The notes under the pieces were generated by a model, which saw only the letters and a list, made by a program, of their open reading frames with translations, was not told the DNA's origin and searched no databases. DNA of 64,000 nucleotides, taken from Naegleria gruberi. Its lineage: Eukaryota. The DNA lies in assembly GCA_000004985.1 (NCBI GenBank), contig GG738862.1. One strand, written 5' to 3'. A program made the translations under genes and the position numbers. Below, piece by piece: positions 55,696 through 64,000 of the stretch (position 1 is its first letter; each line of letters starts with the position of its first letter).

Positions 55696-56358
55696 ATGCC
55701 ATCACAAACTCTTTCCCATTTTGTGGGTGATTTAAAGGAATTTTTATTTAATGCAAAGAATTTAAATGCTCCAGAAAATCTGCCGGAACCATCATCCTCG
55801 GAGGAACCAACATCAACATACTTTTTTGAATTGGGAAGGATGTACAATTCGAAAATTGAATTTTGGTTGGCCAAAATGAGAAAGTTTTCCTATGCTTTTG
55901 CGTTATTGACAGTATTACATTTTTGTAAATTATTATTTCATGATTCTATAGATTCGGAAATGAGTCAGTGGAGCGATTTGATGGCAGTGGAAACAGCTCA
56001 AACATTTGTCTTGTCAAATTATCCACTTGTTGGATCGATATTGAATTTAGTATTTGTCAAATTATTAATCTTGATCATGACATTCACTTTGTGTTATCAA
56101 TATTACAACAAGACTAATACTGAAAATATGAAACGACTCAATTTTATCTATTATGCAACAAGTGTTGACATTTTCTTCTTCATGTTACATGTTGTTTTCT
56201 TCTTGTGGAGAGAATATTACACTAACAATGATGGATTATTCATGTTTTCTGATCCACTGTTTAATAGTGTGACATATGTTGGATGGATCATTGTTTCCCT
56301 TTTCTATGTAAGTTGTTTTTCAAATTTGTATGAAATATTTACAATTCATTTTCAATAA
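55696..56358 (+). CDS. Small multi-pass membrane protein (about 220 aa), function unknown.
   Basis: Four or more hydrophobic segments (FSYAFALLTVLHF, LVGSILNLVFVKLLILIMTFTL, VDIFFFMLHVVFFLW, VGWIIVSLFYVSCF). The ATG is at 55696. Confidence 0.5.
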   Translation: MPSQTLSHFVGDLKEFLFNAKNLNAPENLPEPSSSEEPTSTYFFELGRMYNSKIEFWLAKMRKFSYAFALLTVLHFCKLLFHDSIDSEMSQWSDLMAVETAQTFVLSNYPLVGSILNLVFVKLLILIMTFTLCYQYYNKTNTENMKRLNFIYYATSVDIFFFMLHVVFFLWREYYTNNDGLFMFSDPLFNSVTYVGWIIVSLFYVSCFSNLYEIFTIHFQ

Positions 56359-56999
56359 TAATTTAGATTTGTTACTCTCATGCATCAAAGGAATTATCTT
56401 TGAATATTTTAATTAAAACTGAATTAATACCTTCAATTGAGGAAGATCAATACAATAAGGATGTTTTATAAAATCATTACTATTTAAATAATGGTAAGAA
56501 GAATTAGAATAAACCTCATCATTTTAGTTTAATAAGGATTTAATATTCGAATCTTTTACCAAGAGAACATCAAGCTGGAACAAATCTTGTTAGGGCTCCT
56601 AATTGGATGTTATTGTTTTATTTTAATATGATGATGTTTGTTTCAATCACTCATCAGTACAGTAGTAGCAACAATTGTATACCAACAATAATTATCATTG
56701 TAATATTTAAACGTTAAACATTAATGAATAATGACACAATCAACCAATAAGAGGTCAAAAGATGCAAACATCATCACTGATTAATAACAATTAATACACC
56801 TTCAGTATTGTCAATGAGACCATGATTAGACCTTCAAGGCCATTTTCCACGGAACCATCAACTGTCTGTTGTGAAACTCATCAACTTTAAAAAAAAGTAC
56901 ATCAAGAGACAACTCACCCATTACTCTCTTGAAACTTTTCAACAAGAACAAACTACCGAAAAGAAGAGCTTTTTTCGTCTTTAATTATAATTCGAAACA

Positions 57000-59900
57000 A
57001 TGGGTAAAGACGATATTGTTTTCTTACCATCCAAAGAAGTGGTAATTAGTACAATTAAAAAGTTTCAAACAGATTCTTCACTTGAATGGATATTCTTTGC
57101 CTATCAAGAATCTGATCCATCCACAAAACTTGCCAAAGGAAACAGCAATACTATTGAATTGGCTCGTACAGGAAGTGAACCACTCGATAGAAATCAATTG
57201 CAAACTCTTCGTGATGTGACAAAGGATTCTGAAGAAAGTATCAAGGCCTACCTCTCTCCACACAGTGCCAACTACTTTATTGCTCGTATTGATGCAAATC
57301 GTTACATTTTCATTAATTGGATTGGTACAAAAACCAAGACATTACAAAAAACCAGAGTAATGACTCACAGACTTGAATTGAAATCAATGGCTGAGAAATT
57401 ATTGTCCATGTCCTTTGTTTTCGATCATAATGGAATTGATGAGTTTGACAAATTGGTTAATATTGTTGATTCTTCTCGTTCTTTTGAATTTGAAAATATG
57501 AAAGATCAAAAACAAACATCCTCTCCACGTACCACTACTACCACAACTGCTACTACTGGTGGCTCTTCTCAAGTTGCCTCTGCCTCTGCTTCTTTAAAGT
57601 CTGCTTCTTCTTCATCATCATCATCATCTAGTAATACTACTAGTGCTAGTTCTTCTTCAAGTGGTAACAATTCTGCCACTAAGGGATCCTTAATGAACAG
57701 ATACAATCCTCAAACTTTAACAGAACAAGAACAAATCAATGCTAGACGTCATCAACGTTCTGGATCCAAACCACCAAAACTTGGACTTGCTGCAATTATG
57801 CGTCAAGTGTTGAAATTGGACGAAACAAACATTACTCCACTCTTGAAACAACGTTCATTTGGTTGGTTATTGTTGGGTTATAATGCTGATGGTTTGTGTC
57901 AAGTTGAAGGTCAAGGAAATGATCAATGTACATTCCCAGATCCACTCTTTGATGCTTTGAAAGAAGATGATATGCAATATATTGTTCTTCGTTGGGTTTT
58001 ATCTGACACTGGTTATGGTGGTGATGTTGAAAAGACCTATTTCTTGTCATATGTTGGTTCTGCTGTTAATTCTGTTCGTCGTGGTAAGGTAAATCAACAC
58101 AAACAAGAAGTTTATGATTATGTTAATAAGCATTTCCAATTGGGAGGTGAAGTTACAATTACTGCTCTTGAAGAATTGAATGTTGATTACATTAAGAATG
58201 TCATGTTGGGTAATAGAAGTGCTAATACTGTTACTTTGACAGATTGGGGTACTGTTCCAGTTAAGGCATCCCCAGTTGTTGGACAAACTAGTCAACCAAA
58301 GGCAACTGCTTCTCCAATCAATTCTCCAAGAAACATCAAGAAGGAAACAGCTACTGCTTCTGTTGCTACATCATCAGTTACAACAGATGCTCCAGAAAAA
58401 CCAATCGAAAGAAAGGGAAGTGAATTGTTGAGTAAGATTAAATTGGGATTCAAGGAAGGAAAATTGAAGGGTATCAAGGGAACTACTCCTGAACCTGCTG
58501 AAGATCTTACTTCACCTAAGAATTTGAAATCTCCTGGAAGAGAACCACTTAAATCACCAGGTAGAGATGGTCTTACTTCTCCTGGAAGAAAAAAGTCAAC
58601 CAAGGGTGGTATTCTCAGTTTCTCAGCTAACAATATGGACAAATTCTCTGCTAGTTTGAAAAAGAAGGATATTGTAAAGGTTCCTAATTTGGGAACTGGT
58701 CAAAACGCCATCAAGATTGAAGACGAAACTAAGGTTATTGACAAGTTGTACGATCTCAAAGATCCACTCGATAGAAATAACCAATGGGTTTTATTCAGTT
58801 ATCCAAATGACAAGACTCTCAATATTTTATCGCTTGTTGATAGTGGTTCTGAACCAATTTCTAAATCTGTTGCTGTCACCTCTCAATTGACTGATAATGG
58901 TGTCAAGTACTTTATTCACAAGTTCTACGTTGAAAGAAATGGAAGAATTGAAGCTAAATTCAGAGTTATTATCTGGAGAGGTAAATCTATTAGAGCTTAC
59001 TTCAAGGCCATTTGTACTAACCATGCCATGAAGTTGGTCACTACTATTGCTCCTGTCATTACTCAAGTTGAAGGTGATCCAATTATTTTGACTGATGTTG
59101 CTGAAGTTCCAAATGTTGTCTTATCATTGGAAGGTTTTGGTACTCCACTCGATCATGATTCTGCCATTAAGAAATTGGAAGAAAAATTGGCTGCTGCTGA
59201 ACAACGTGAAAAGCAAAAGGAAACTTCATCACCATCCAATAAGATCCAACACGAAAAGAGAGTGTCAATGAAGAAGGCTGATTACAATGCAGGTATTGAA
59301 GCTGGTTTGAAGATTTTGAACGAAGAAGAATTGATTCAAAGAATGAAGGAATTGCAAAGTGATGAAAGTGCCGTTTCCTGGGTCACCATTAGTTATAAGG
59401 ATTCCAAGACTTTGCAACTTGATGGATATGGTTCTGGAACTGCTGAATCATTCAAATCCAAGTTTACTGATGATAAGGTTTACTACACATTGTACAAACA
59501 ATTCTTGGAAGAATTGGGTGGTGCTCCAAAGACTATTCTCATTGCTTGGGTTGGTCAAGATGTCAAGCCAATGGCCAAGGCCTCTACTACTCCTCATCGT
59601 ATTGCTCTCTTCAAGTATTGCTTACGTCACGTCACTTTATCTAGTGAATATCAACCAATCACTATCAATGATTTGGATAATGATTCAATCTTTGGTAAGG
59701 TTTCTGGTGGAAGCAAGAGTGGATCAAGTGGTGTTGTTTCTAAATCATTTGGTGGTAAGAGTCAATCCCTTACACTCGCTGATGAGAATATCATTCTCGA
59801 ACAAGTTAAGGATTTGAATTCTGATGCCACTGCCACAAACTGGGTCAAGCTAGGATATAATGAATCTGGACATTTGAAATATGAAGAAAAGGGACAAGGT

Positions 59901-61859
59901 GGTTTGGCTGAATTTGAACGTCGTCTCTCTGATGATTCTGTAAATTATGTACTTTACAAGACCTATGTTGAACACAGTCCAAAGATTACTTTGATTACAT
60001 GGGTCGGTTCTGGTGTCACTGCTGGTACTGCCAAGGCAAGAGCTACCACACATCAACTTGAATTGGAAGCTTTCGTTAAGAAGGTCTTCACTGTTGCTGC
60101 TTTATATCAAGCTTTAGAAAGAGAAGAATTGAAGGAAGAATTAATCTACAAGAAGGTTGCTGGTTCCAACATTATTATCGCTCCAACTGCTGTCTCAAAG
60201 GGTACATTTGGTGGTAGAGATTCTAGTTTGAAATTCGATAATGATCAAGCTGTTCTTGATGCTTTCAAGGAATTGAGAGGAAATTCTGGAATCAGATGGT
60301 TGCTTTTCGAATATGTTCCTGGAAATCAATACACTGTTCGTGTTTCTCAAATCGGTAAGGGAGGTGTCAGAAACTTCAAACAATACCTCACTGATAACGT
60401 TGTTTGCTATGTTGTCATGCGTTTGACATTTATGGAATATTCAGATGTTGCCAAGGCTATTGTCATTACATGGGTTGGTGAAAATGCTCAAAGTTTCCAA
60501 AAAGCCCTCTCAGGTGGTCATAGAATCAACTTGTACGATTTCACTAGAAAGCAAATCTCAGTTGGTGGTGAATATCAACCTGAAAGTCTTGAAAGCTTGT
60601 CTGATGAAGATTTGCTTTCCAAGATTACTGGTACTAAGAGTGATAATGCTGGTGATGCTTTAGAAGAAAAGATTCAACAACAACGTGCCTTTGAAAGAGA
60701 ACGTATTGTGCAAGTTCAACCAACTATTGAAGTTAAGGATTCCAAGCAATATATTGGTGAATTTAAGGATATTGATTTTAATGGAAAGGAAGAAATCAAG
60801 AAGGCCTTGTTAGAACTTTCTGAAAAGTGTAGAAAGGAACAACATGATAGAGCTCTTGAAGATGCCACCATTCACTACATTAAGATGAAGTTGACTGGTA
60901 AGGAATTACGTGATGTAGTCATTGAATCTACTGGAGATGGTGCATTGAGTGAAGAATGGAGAGCTACTCATCTCGATTCAAAGGAATTCCTTCTCTTCAT
61001 CTTTGGTTTGTTCACATCTGAAGGTGGTTATGGTATGATGACCAAGTATGTCTTTGTTCAATGGACAGGACATGATACCAAGCACTTGTTGAAGGCCAAG
61101 GCCAGTGAAATCAGACAATCCATCTACAATTTCTGTAATAAGGAGTTGAACATGTCTGGCGAAATTCAAGGTTGCACTAAACCAGAACACATTACCAAGA
61201 AGTTGGTTTTGGAAAAGATTACCGGTTCAAACGTTCGTGGTAGTGAAATGAGATTGGAAAAGAAGGACAAGAAATTCGAAGGCTTGGGTAAGGAAAAGAA
61301 GAGTAAACTTGTCATCAAAGACCAAGAAACATTGAATCACTACGTTGAAGATATGATTCTCCAAGATTACCTCGAAAAAGATGAGGATAAGAAGGACGAT
61401 GATGATCCAGAAGAATGGAGAAATCACAAGAGAATTACTAAAGGTAAACTTGATTGGATCTTGTTGAGCTATTCCAAGGATTCCATTGATGAAATCAACG
61501 TTACTGCTCATGGTGAAGGTGACGTTCAAGCTTTTAAACAACACTTGAAACCAGATAGTGTCAACTTTGTAATTATCAGAGTTTTCCACGCTCAAGGTTA
61601 TGCAAAGGATATTTCCATGTTGACCGATAATAGAATCAACCTTGCCAAGCCATACTTTACTCTCATCTATTGGAAGGGAGAAAATGTTCAAGTTTTAGAA
61701 AAGGCTCTCACTTCTCATCACTTTAATGCATTCCACAAGTTGATGACTCAAAAATTCATGAGAATGAAATCATCACTCCAAGGTTCAACTTATCAAGCTG
61801 AAACTTATGAAGAATTGGACATGGAACGTATTAAGAAATTGATGAGATTGTATGATTAA
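57000..61859 (+). CDS. 1619-aa protein composed of about 8 tandem ADF-H (coactosin/Abp1-like actin-binding) domains separated by Ser/Thr/Pro-rich linkers. Codon usage is that of a highly expressed gene.
   Basis: Repeated units of about 130 aa: ...ANYFIARIDANRYIFINWIGTKTKTLQKTRVMTHRLELK, ...SWVTISYKDSKTLQLDGYGSGTAESFKSKFTDDKVYYTLYKQF...ILIAWVGQDVKPMAKASTTPHRIALFKY, ...ATNWVKLGYNESGHLKYEEKGQGGLAEFERRLSDDSVNYVLYKTY...ITLITWVGSGVTAGTAKARATTHQLELEAFV, ...RWLLFEYVPGNQYTVRVSQIGKGGVRNFKQYLTDNVVCYVVMRL...IVITWVGENAQSFQKALSGGHRINLYDF, ...YVFVQWTGHDTKHLLKAKASEIRQSIYNF, ...DWILLSYSKDSIDEINVTAHGEGDVQAFKQHLKPDSVNFVIIRVF...FTLIYWKGENVQVLEKALTSHHFNAF. The pattern matches coactosin (xxNWxLxxYxxxxxLxxxxxGxGGxxEFxxxLxDDxVxYxxxxV...KxVxIxWxGxxxxxxxKAxxxxH). 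Confidence 0.7.
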   Translation: MGKDDIVFLPSKEVVISTIKKFQTDSSLEWIFFAYQESDPSTKLAKGNSNTIELARTGSEPLDRNQLQTLRDVTKDSEESIKAYLSPHSANYFIARIDANRYIFINWIGTKTKTLQKTRVMTHRLELKSMAEKLLSMSFVFDHNGIDEFDKLVNIVDSSRSFEFENMKDQKQTSSPRTTTTTTATTGGSSQVASASASLKSASSSSSSSSSNTTSASSSSSGNNSATKGSLMNRYNPQTLTEQEQINARRHQRSGSKPPKLGLAAIMRQVLKLDETNITPLLKQRSFGWLLLGYNADGLCQVEGQGNDQCTFPDPLFDALKEDDMQYIVLRWVLSDTGYGGDVEKTYFLSYVGSAVNSVRRGKVNQHKQEVYDYVNKHFQLGGEVTITALEELNVDYIKNVMLGNRSANTVTLTDWGTVPVKASPVVGQTSQPKATASPINSPRNIKKETATASVATSSVTTDAPEKPIERKGSELLSKIKLGFKEGKLKGIKGTTPEPAEDLTSPKNLKSPGREPLKSPGRDGLTSPGRKKSTKGGILSFSANNMDKFSASLKKKDIVKVPNLGTGQNAIKIEDETKVIDKLYDLKDPLDRNNQWVLFSYPNDKTLNILSLVDSGSEPISKSVAVTSQLTDNGVKYFIHKFYVERNGRIEAKFRVIIWRGKSIRAYFKAICTNHAMKLVTTIAPVITQVEGDPIILTDVAEVPNVVLSLEGFGTPLDHDSAIKKLEEKLAAAEQREKQKETSSPSNKIQHEKRVSMKKADYNAGIEAGLKILNEEELIQRMKELQSDESAVSWVTISYKDSKTLQLDGYGSGTAESFKSKFTDDKVYYTLYKQFLEELGGAPKTILIAWVGQDVKPMAKASTTPHRIALFKYCLRHVTLSSEYQPITINDLDNDSIFGKVSGGSKSGSSGVVSKSFGGKSQSLTLADENIILEQVKDLNSDATATNWVKLGYNESGHLKYEEKGQGGLAEFERRLSDDSVNYVLYKTYVEHSPKITLITWVGSGVTAGTAKARATTHQLELEAFVKKVFTVAALYQALEREELKEELIYKKVAGSNIIIAPTAVSKGTFGGRDSSLKFDNDQAVLDAFKELRGNSGIRWLLFEYVPGNQYTVRVSQIGKGGVRNFKQYLTDNVVCYVVMRLTFMEYSDVAKAIVITWVGENAQSFQKALSGGHRINLYDFTRKQISVGGEYQPESLESLSDEDLLSKITGTKSDNAGDALEEKIQQQRAFERERIVQVQPTIEVKDSKQYIGEFKDIDFNGKEEIKKALLELSEKCRKEQHDRALEDATIHYIKMKLTGKELRDVVIESTGDGALSEEWRATHLDSKEFLLFIFGLFTSEGGYGMMTKYVFVQWTGHDTKHLLKAKASEIRQSIYNFCNKELNMSGEIQGCTKPEHITKKLVLEKITGSNVRGSEMRLEKKDKKFEGLGKEKKSKLVIKDQETLNHYVEDMILQDYLEKDEDKKDDDDPEEWRNHKRITKGKLDWILLSYSKDSIDEINVTAHGEGDVQAFKQHLKPDSVNFVIIRVFHAQGYAKDISMLTDNRINLAKPYFTLIYWKGENVQVLEKALTSHHFNAFHKLMTQKFMRMKSSLQGSTYQAETYEELDMERIKKLMRLYD

Positions 61860-62024
61860 TCGACATATCTTTAAATAAATATTCTAAATGTAAAATTGAG
61901 CAAAAGTGTGATGATATTTGTGTAGGTGATCTGGGAATGCAAACTCCATACAATATTAACAATCTTTGTATGTAAACTAATGAAGTAATCCTTGTCAGCT
62001 GTAATCTTGACACCTTAATTATCA

Positions 62025-62181
62025 TCATTTGTTTGCTCTTTCAGTGCAGTTGCACATCCCTCACATAAGGACATGTGACCACAAGGTAAAACAACAGTAT
62101 TAGCCTCTTCAGACATACAAACAACACATAAATTCTCTTTCTCTTCATGATGATGATCAATAGGTGGTAGTAGTAGTATAA
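62025..62181 (-). CDS. Terminal exon encoding a C3HC4 RING finger (IAP/MUL1-type C-terminal RING). Upstream exons are not resolved.
   Basis: The minus frame reads ...PPIDHHHEEKENLCVVCMSEEANTVVLPCGHMSLCEGCATALKEQTNDDN*. The frame is closed by a TGA just upstream and has no in-frame ATG before the RING, so it needs an upstream exon. An AG acceptor lies at 62182-62183. A short candidate first exon ATGTCGATTGTAAG|GTATGT is present on the same strand at about 62480. Confidence 0.35.
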
Positions 62182-62631
62182 CTCAATATTGAGACAAGTT
62201 CTTCATCCAAATTTACAAATGGTAAGTTTTTACAATAACAATGATTTGTGATGTTTTGATTTTAAAATATTCGAATAATTGAGGATTGGTATTTAAATAT
62301 TGTAATAATAACTATTGAACTATTTTGAAATTTCTTGAATAAATTAATGAGTATTACAATTATTGTATTTCTTTCAAAGGTTATCAACATTAAGAATCTT
62401 GCCTTTCAAATATTAGAAATCTACCGAAACCTGACAATAAACACGTGGAAGGAATTACATACCTTACAATCGACATTTTCTTCTTTGGTTCCTCTCAAAC
62501 TTTACTACTTTTTAGATCTCTGTCATTCCCGCTCAAACCTTCCGTTACCAAAACAACTATTTGTCTAGCGAACAGTCAAAAAAAATATTCGAAAATAGAA
62601 TATTAGAAACTCTAGCCACGTCAACAACAAT

Positions 62632-64000
62632 ATGAATGACTTTTTGGAGTCGTCTGCTCCTTCTTCGTGTATTACACCAAGACAAAACCATCATTCATCA
62701 ACAGCAAATAATTTCTTCTTGTCCATAAAACAAGTTTCGAATAGTAATGGACACGCCGAGACGAAACATTTGGATGATGAAAATAACAGTAGCATGTATA
62801 GAACCCCTCCACGAAAGCACAAAACTTTCGATTCTTCATCGAGTAATCTTGCAAGTACAGCAAGTATGACCACAGTTTCGGATATGAGTTTAACTCCACA
62901 ACATGCTTGTACATCCATGATTGAATCTGATATGGTTTCGTATGATTCTTTCATATCTAGGACTTCACAATTCTCTTCATCTACCTTCACTTTACTTCAA
63001 GGTGAAAATTCTGATAAGAATTTAATGAACAATAATATTGAACGAAAGTCGTCGATTCTGGACGAATTACTGCAGGACGAAAGTGATTTTATTATTATGG
63101 TAGAATCACCACCTTCCTCTCCAATGAAGAAAGATACTCCTATCAAAGAAAGTCAAAATATTGAGTATTCAATTACCACTTCCTCCATTTCTGTAAATAA
63201 TAGCAACAATAATTCACCTAAACTTGTAAATAATAATCCAGAAATTTCTGGTTATTTATCACCACCAATGCTCAACAAGAAACAATTTTCCAGGAGTTTC
63301 AATGATATTTCTTCTCAAACATGTGAAAGAAATTTATTCGAAAATTCCCCAACAATGGACGAATCCCAGTCAACCACGAGACATATTCGAAGAGAAACCC
63401 TTACTCCAGTCACTGCTGCTTTCCTCAAACAAGCCAGAACTCAAAGAAATTCACTAGCAAGAAAGGGAAATTTCGTTCATCGACTTTCTATGAGAAAATT
63501 TAAAGATTTTTCAGATTTTCAAATTTTCAACTCACAAAATTCTGAGAATTTGGAAAAATCAAAGAAATTGGCACATCAGGAGATTTTTGAAAGAATGAAG
63601 ACAAATCAAGGCAAGTCAATTTGTGAGCTTTCTCAGGAATTTTCAATAGTTTTGATATTTGTTAAGAGTTTCCTTTGTCCTTACTCGTCGCTTTCTATTG
63701 GAAACATGAATAGACAATTGACTAAAATGTTGAGTATGAATGTCATGCCAGTATTTGTCATATTTGGTGAAGAGAGTACTTGTGAAAATGGAGGATTATC
63801 TTTTGAAGGACTGAATGATGGTTCAGAAAATAGACGAAACTCTGTCATTCTTTCAGGGTTAAAGAAGAGTTGGAGAAGTTTCCGTAAGAAACCCAAAGAA
63901 TCATCCAATTCTTCAAGTAGTCTCGATACAATCTTTGGCACCAACTTTACTCAATCAAATTATGACAAATTTTCACAGTACAAACAATTAGTCCAAAGTT
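62632..64000 (+). CDS. Partial CDS (over 455 codons) running off the window end. Ser/Asn-rich hypothetical protein with a conserved-looking C-terminal region.
   Basis: ATG at 62632. The hand translation MNDFLESSAPSSCITPRQNHHSS...RHIRRETLTPVTAAFLKQARTQRNSLARKGNFVHRLSMRKF...MPVFVIFGEESTCENGGLSFEGL... has no stop through 64000. The ORF track omits it because it lacks a terminal stop. The minus ORFs 62672..62990 and 63681..63944 are antisense to it. Confidence 0.5.
   Translation, partial: MNDFLESSAPSSCITPRQNHHSSTANNFFLSIKQVSNSNGHAETKHLDDENNSSMYRTPPRKHKTFDSSSSNLASTASMTTVSDMSLTPQHACTSMIESDMVSYDSFISRTSQFSSSTFTLLQGENSDKNLMNNNIERKSSILDELLQDESDFIIMVESPPSSPMKKDTPIKESQNIEYSITTSSISVNNSNNNSPKLVNNNPEISGYLSPPMLNKKQFSRSFNDISSQTCERNLFENSPTMDESQSTTRHIRRETLTPVTAAFLKQARTQRNSLARKGNFVHRLSMRKFKDFSDFQIFNSQNSENLEKSKKLAHQEIFERMKTNQGKSICELSQEFSIVLIFVKSFLCPYSSLSIGNMNRQLTKMLSMNVMPVFVIFGEESTCENGGLSFEGLNDGSENRRNSVILSGLKKSWRSFRKKPKESSNSSSSLDTIFGTNFTQSNYDKFSQYKQLVQS

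Noticed and set aside
1-64000. Prokaryotic-style interpretation (operons, RBS, CRISPR, defence islands).
   Set aside because: Spliceosomal introns with GT-AG boundaries, eukaryotic-type tRNAs, a LINE with poly(A), and centrin, Myb, GH38 and F-box genes show this is a eukaryotic nuclear sequence. No direct-repeat/spacer arrays are present.

Overview
This 64 kb window is from a compact, AT-rich eukaryotic nuclear genome. Most genes are intronless, and the introns that exist are tiny GTAAGT/GTATGT...AG introns with a mode of about 46 nt (45, 46, 46, 46, 46 and 51 nt, plus 84 and 110 nt). Proteins commonly carry poly-N/Q/S tracts. The sequence is not prokaryotic and contains no CRISPR array. Three N-gaps (1097-3838, 8928-8977, 10248-10297) make the 1012/976/935-aa ORFs in the track artefacts. 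About 35 protein-coding genes are supported. They include a family of F-box-like/RNI-type LRR proteins, a class-II alpha-mannosidase (GH38, 3 exons), a tRNA-dihydrouridine synthase (2 exons), a 4-exon secreted bacterial-type solute-binding-fold protein, a protein kinase fused to about 30-aa DUF4116-like repeats with a stand-alone repeat paralog nearby, a flavin monooxygenase, RNase H2 subunit A, an R2R3-type Myb factor, centrin, a protein with a 3'-5' exonuclease domain plus a KH domain, an A20-type zinc-finger protein, and a 1619-aa protein built from about 8 tandem coactosin-like ADF-H domains. Two edge genes run off the window, at 1..404 on the minus strand and 62632..64000 on the plus strand. 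Mobile DNA is the most unusual content. A roughly 4 kb element is bounded by 14-bp terminal inverted repeats flanked by TA, with CRE-like TGACG/GACGTC subterminal repeat clusters, and it ends 19 bp before the start codon of an LRR gene. A 414-bp MITE has 20-bp TIRs and an 8-bp target-site duplication that can be verified against an uninterrupted paralogous site in the same window. A non-LTR retrotransposon is present in two tandem 5' copies: ORF1 has a coiled-coil, ORF2 carries APE, RT, RNase H and a Cys motif with only two in-frame stops, and its poly(A) ends 8 bp before the ATG of the A20 gene. A bacterial YqjM-type old-yellow-enzyme fragment abuts a LINE 5' end. There is a tRNA-Gln(UUG) gene and a truncated tRNA-Arg(UCU)-like head followed by 72-bp-spaced repeats and a T-run, which looks SINE-like. 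A GC-rich palindromic candidate Pol III ncRNA lies at 41858-42014.
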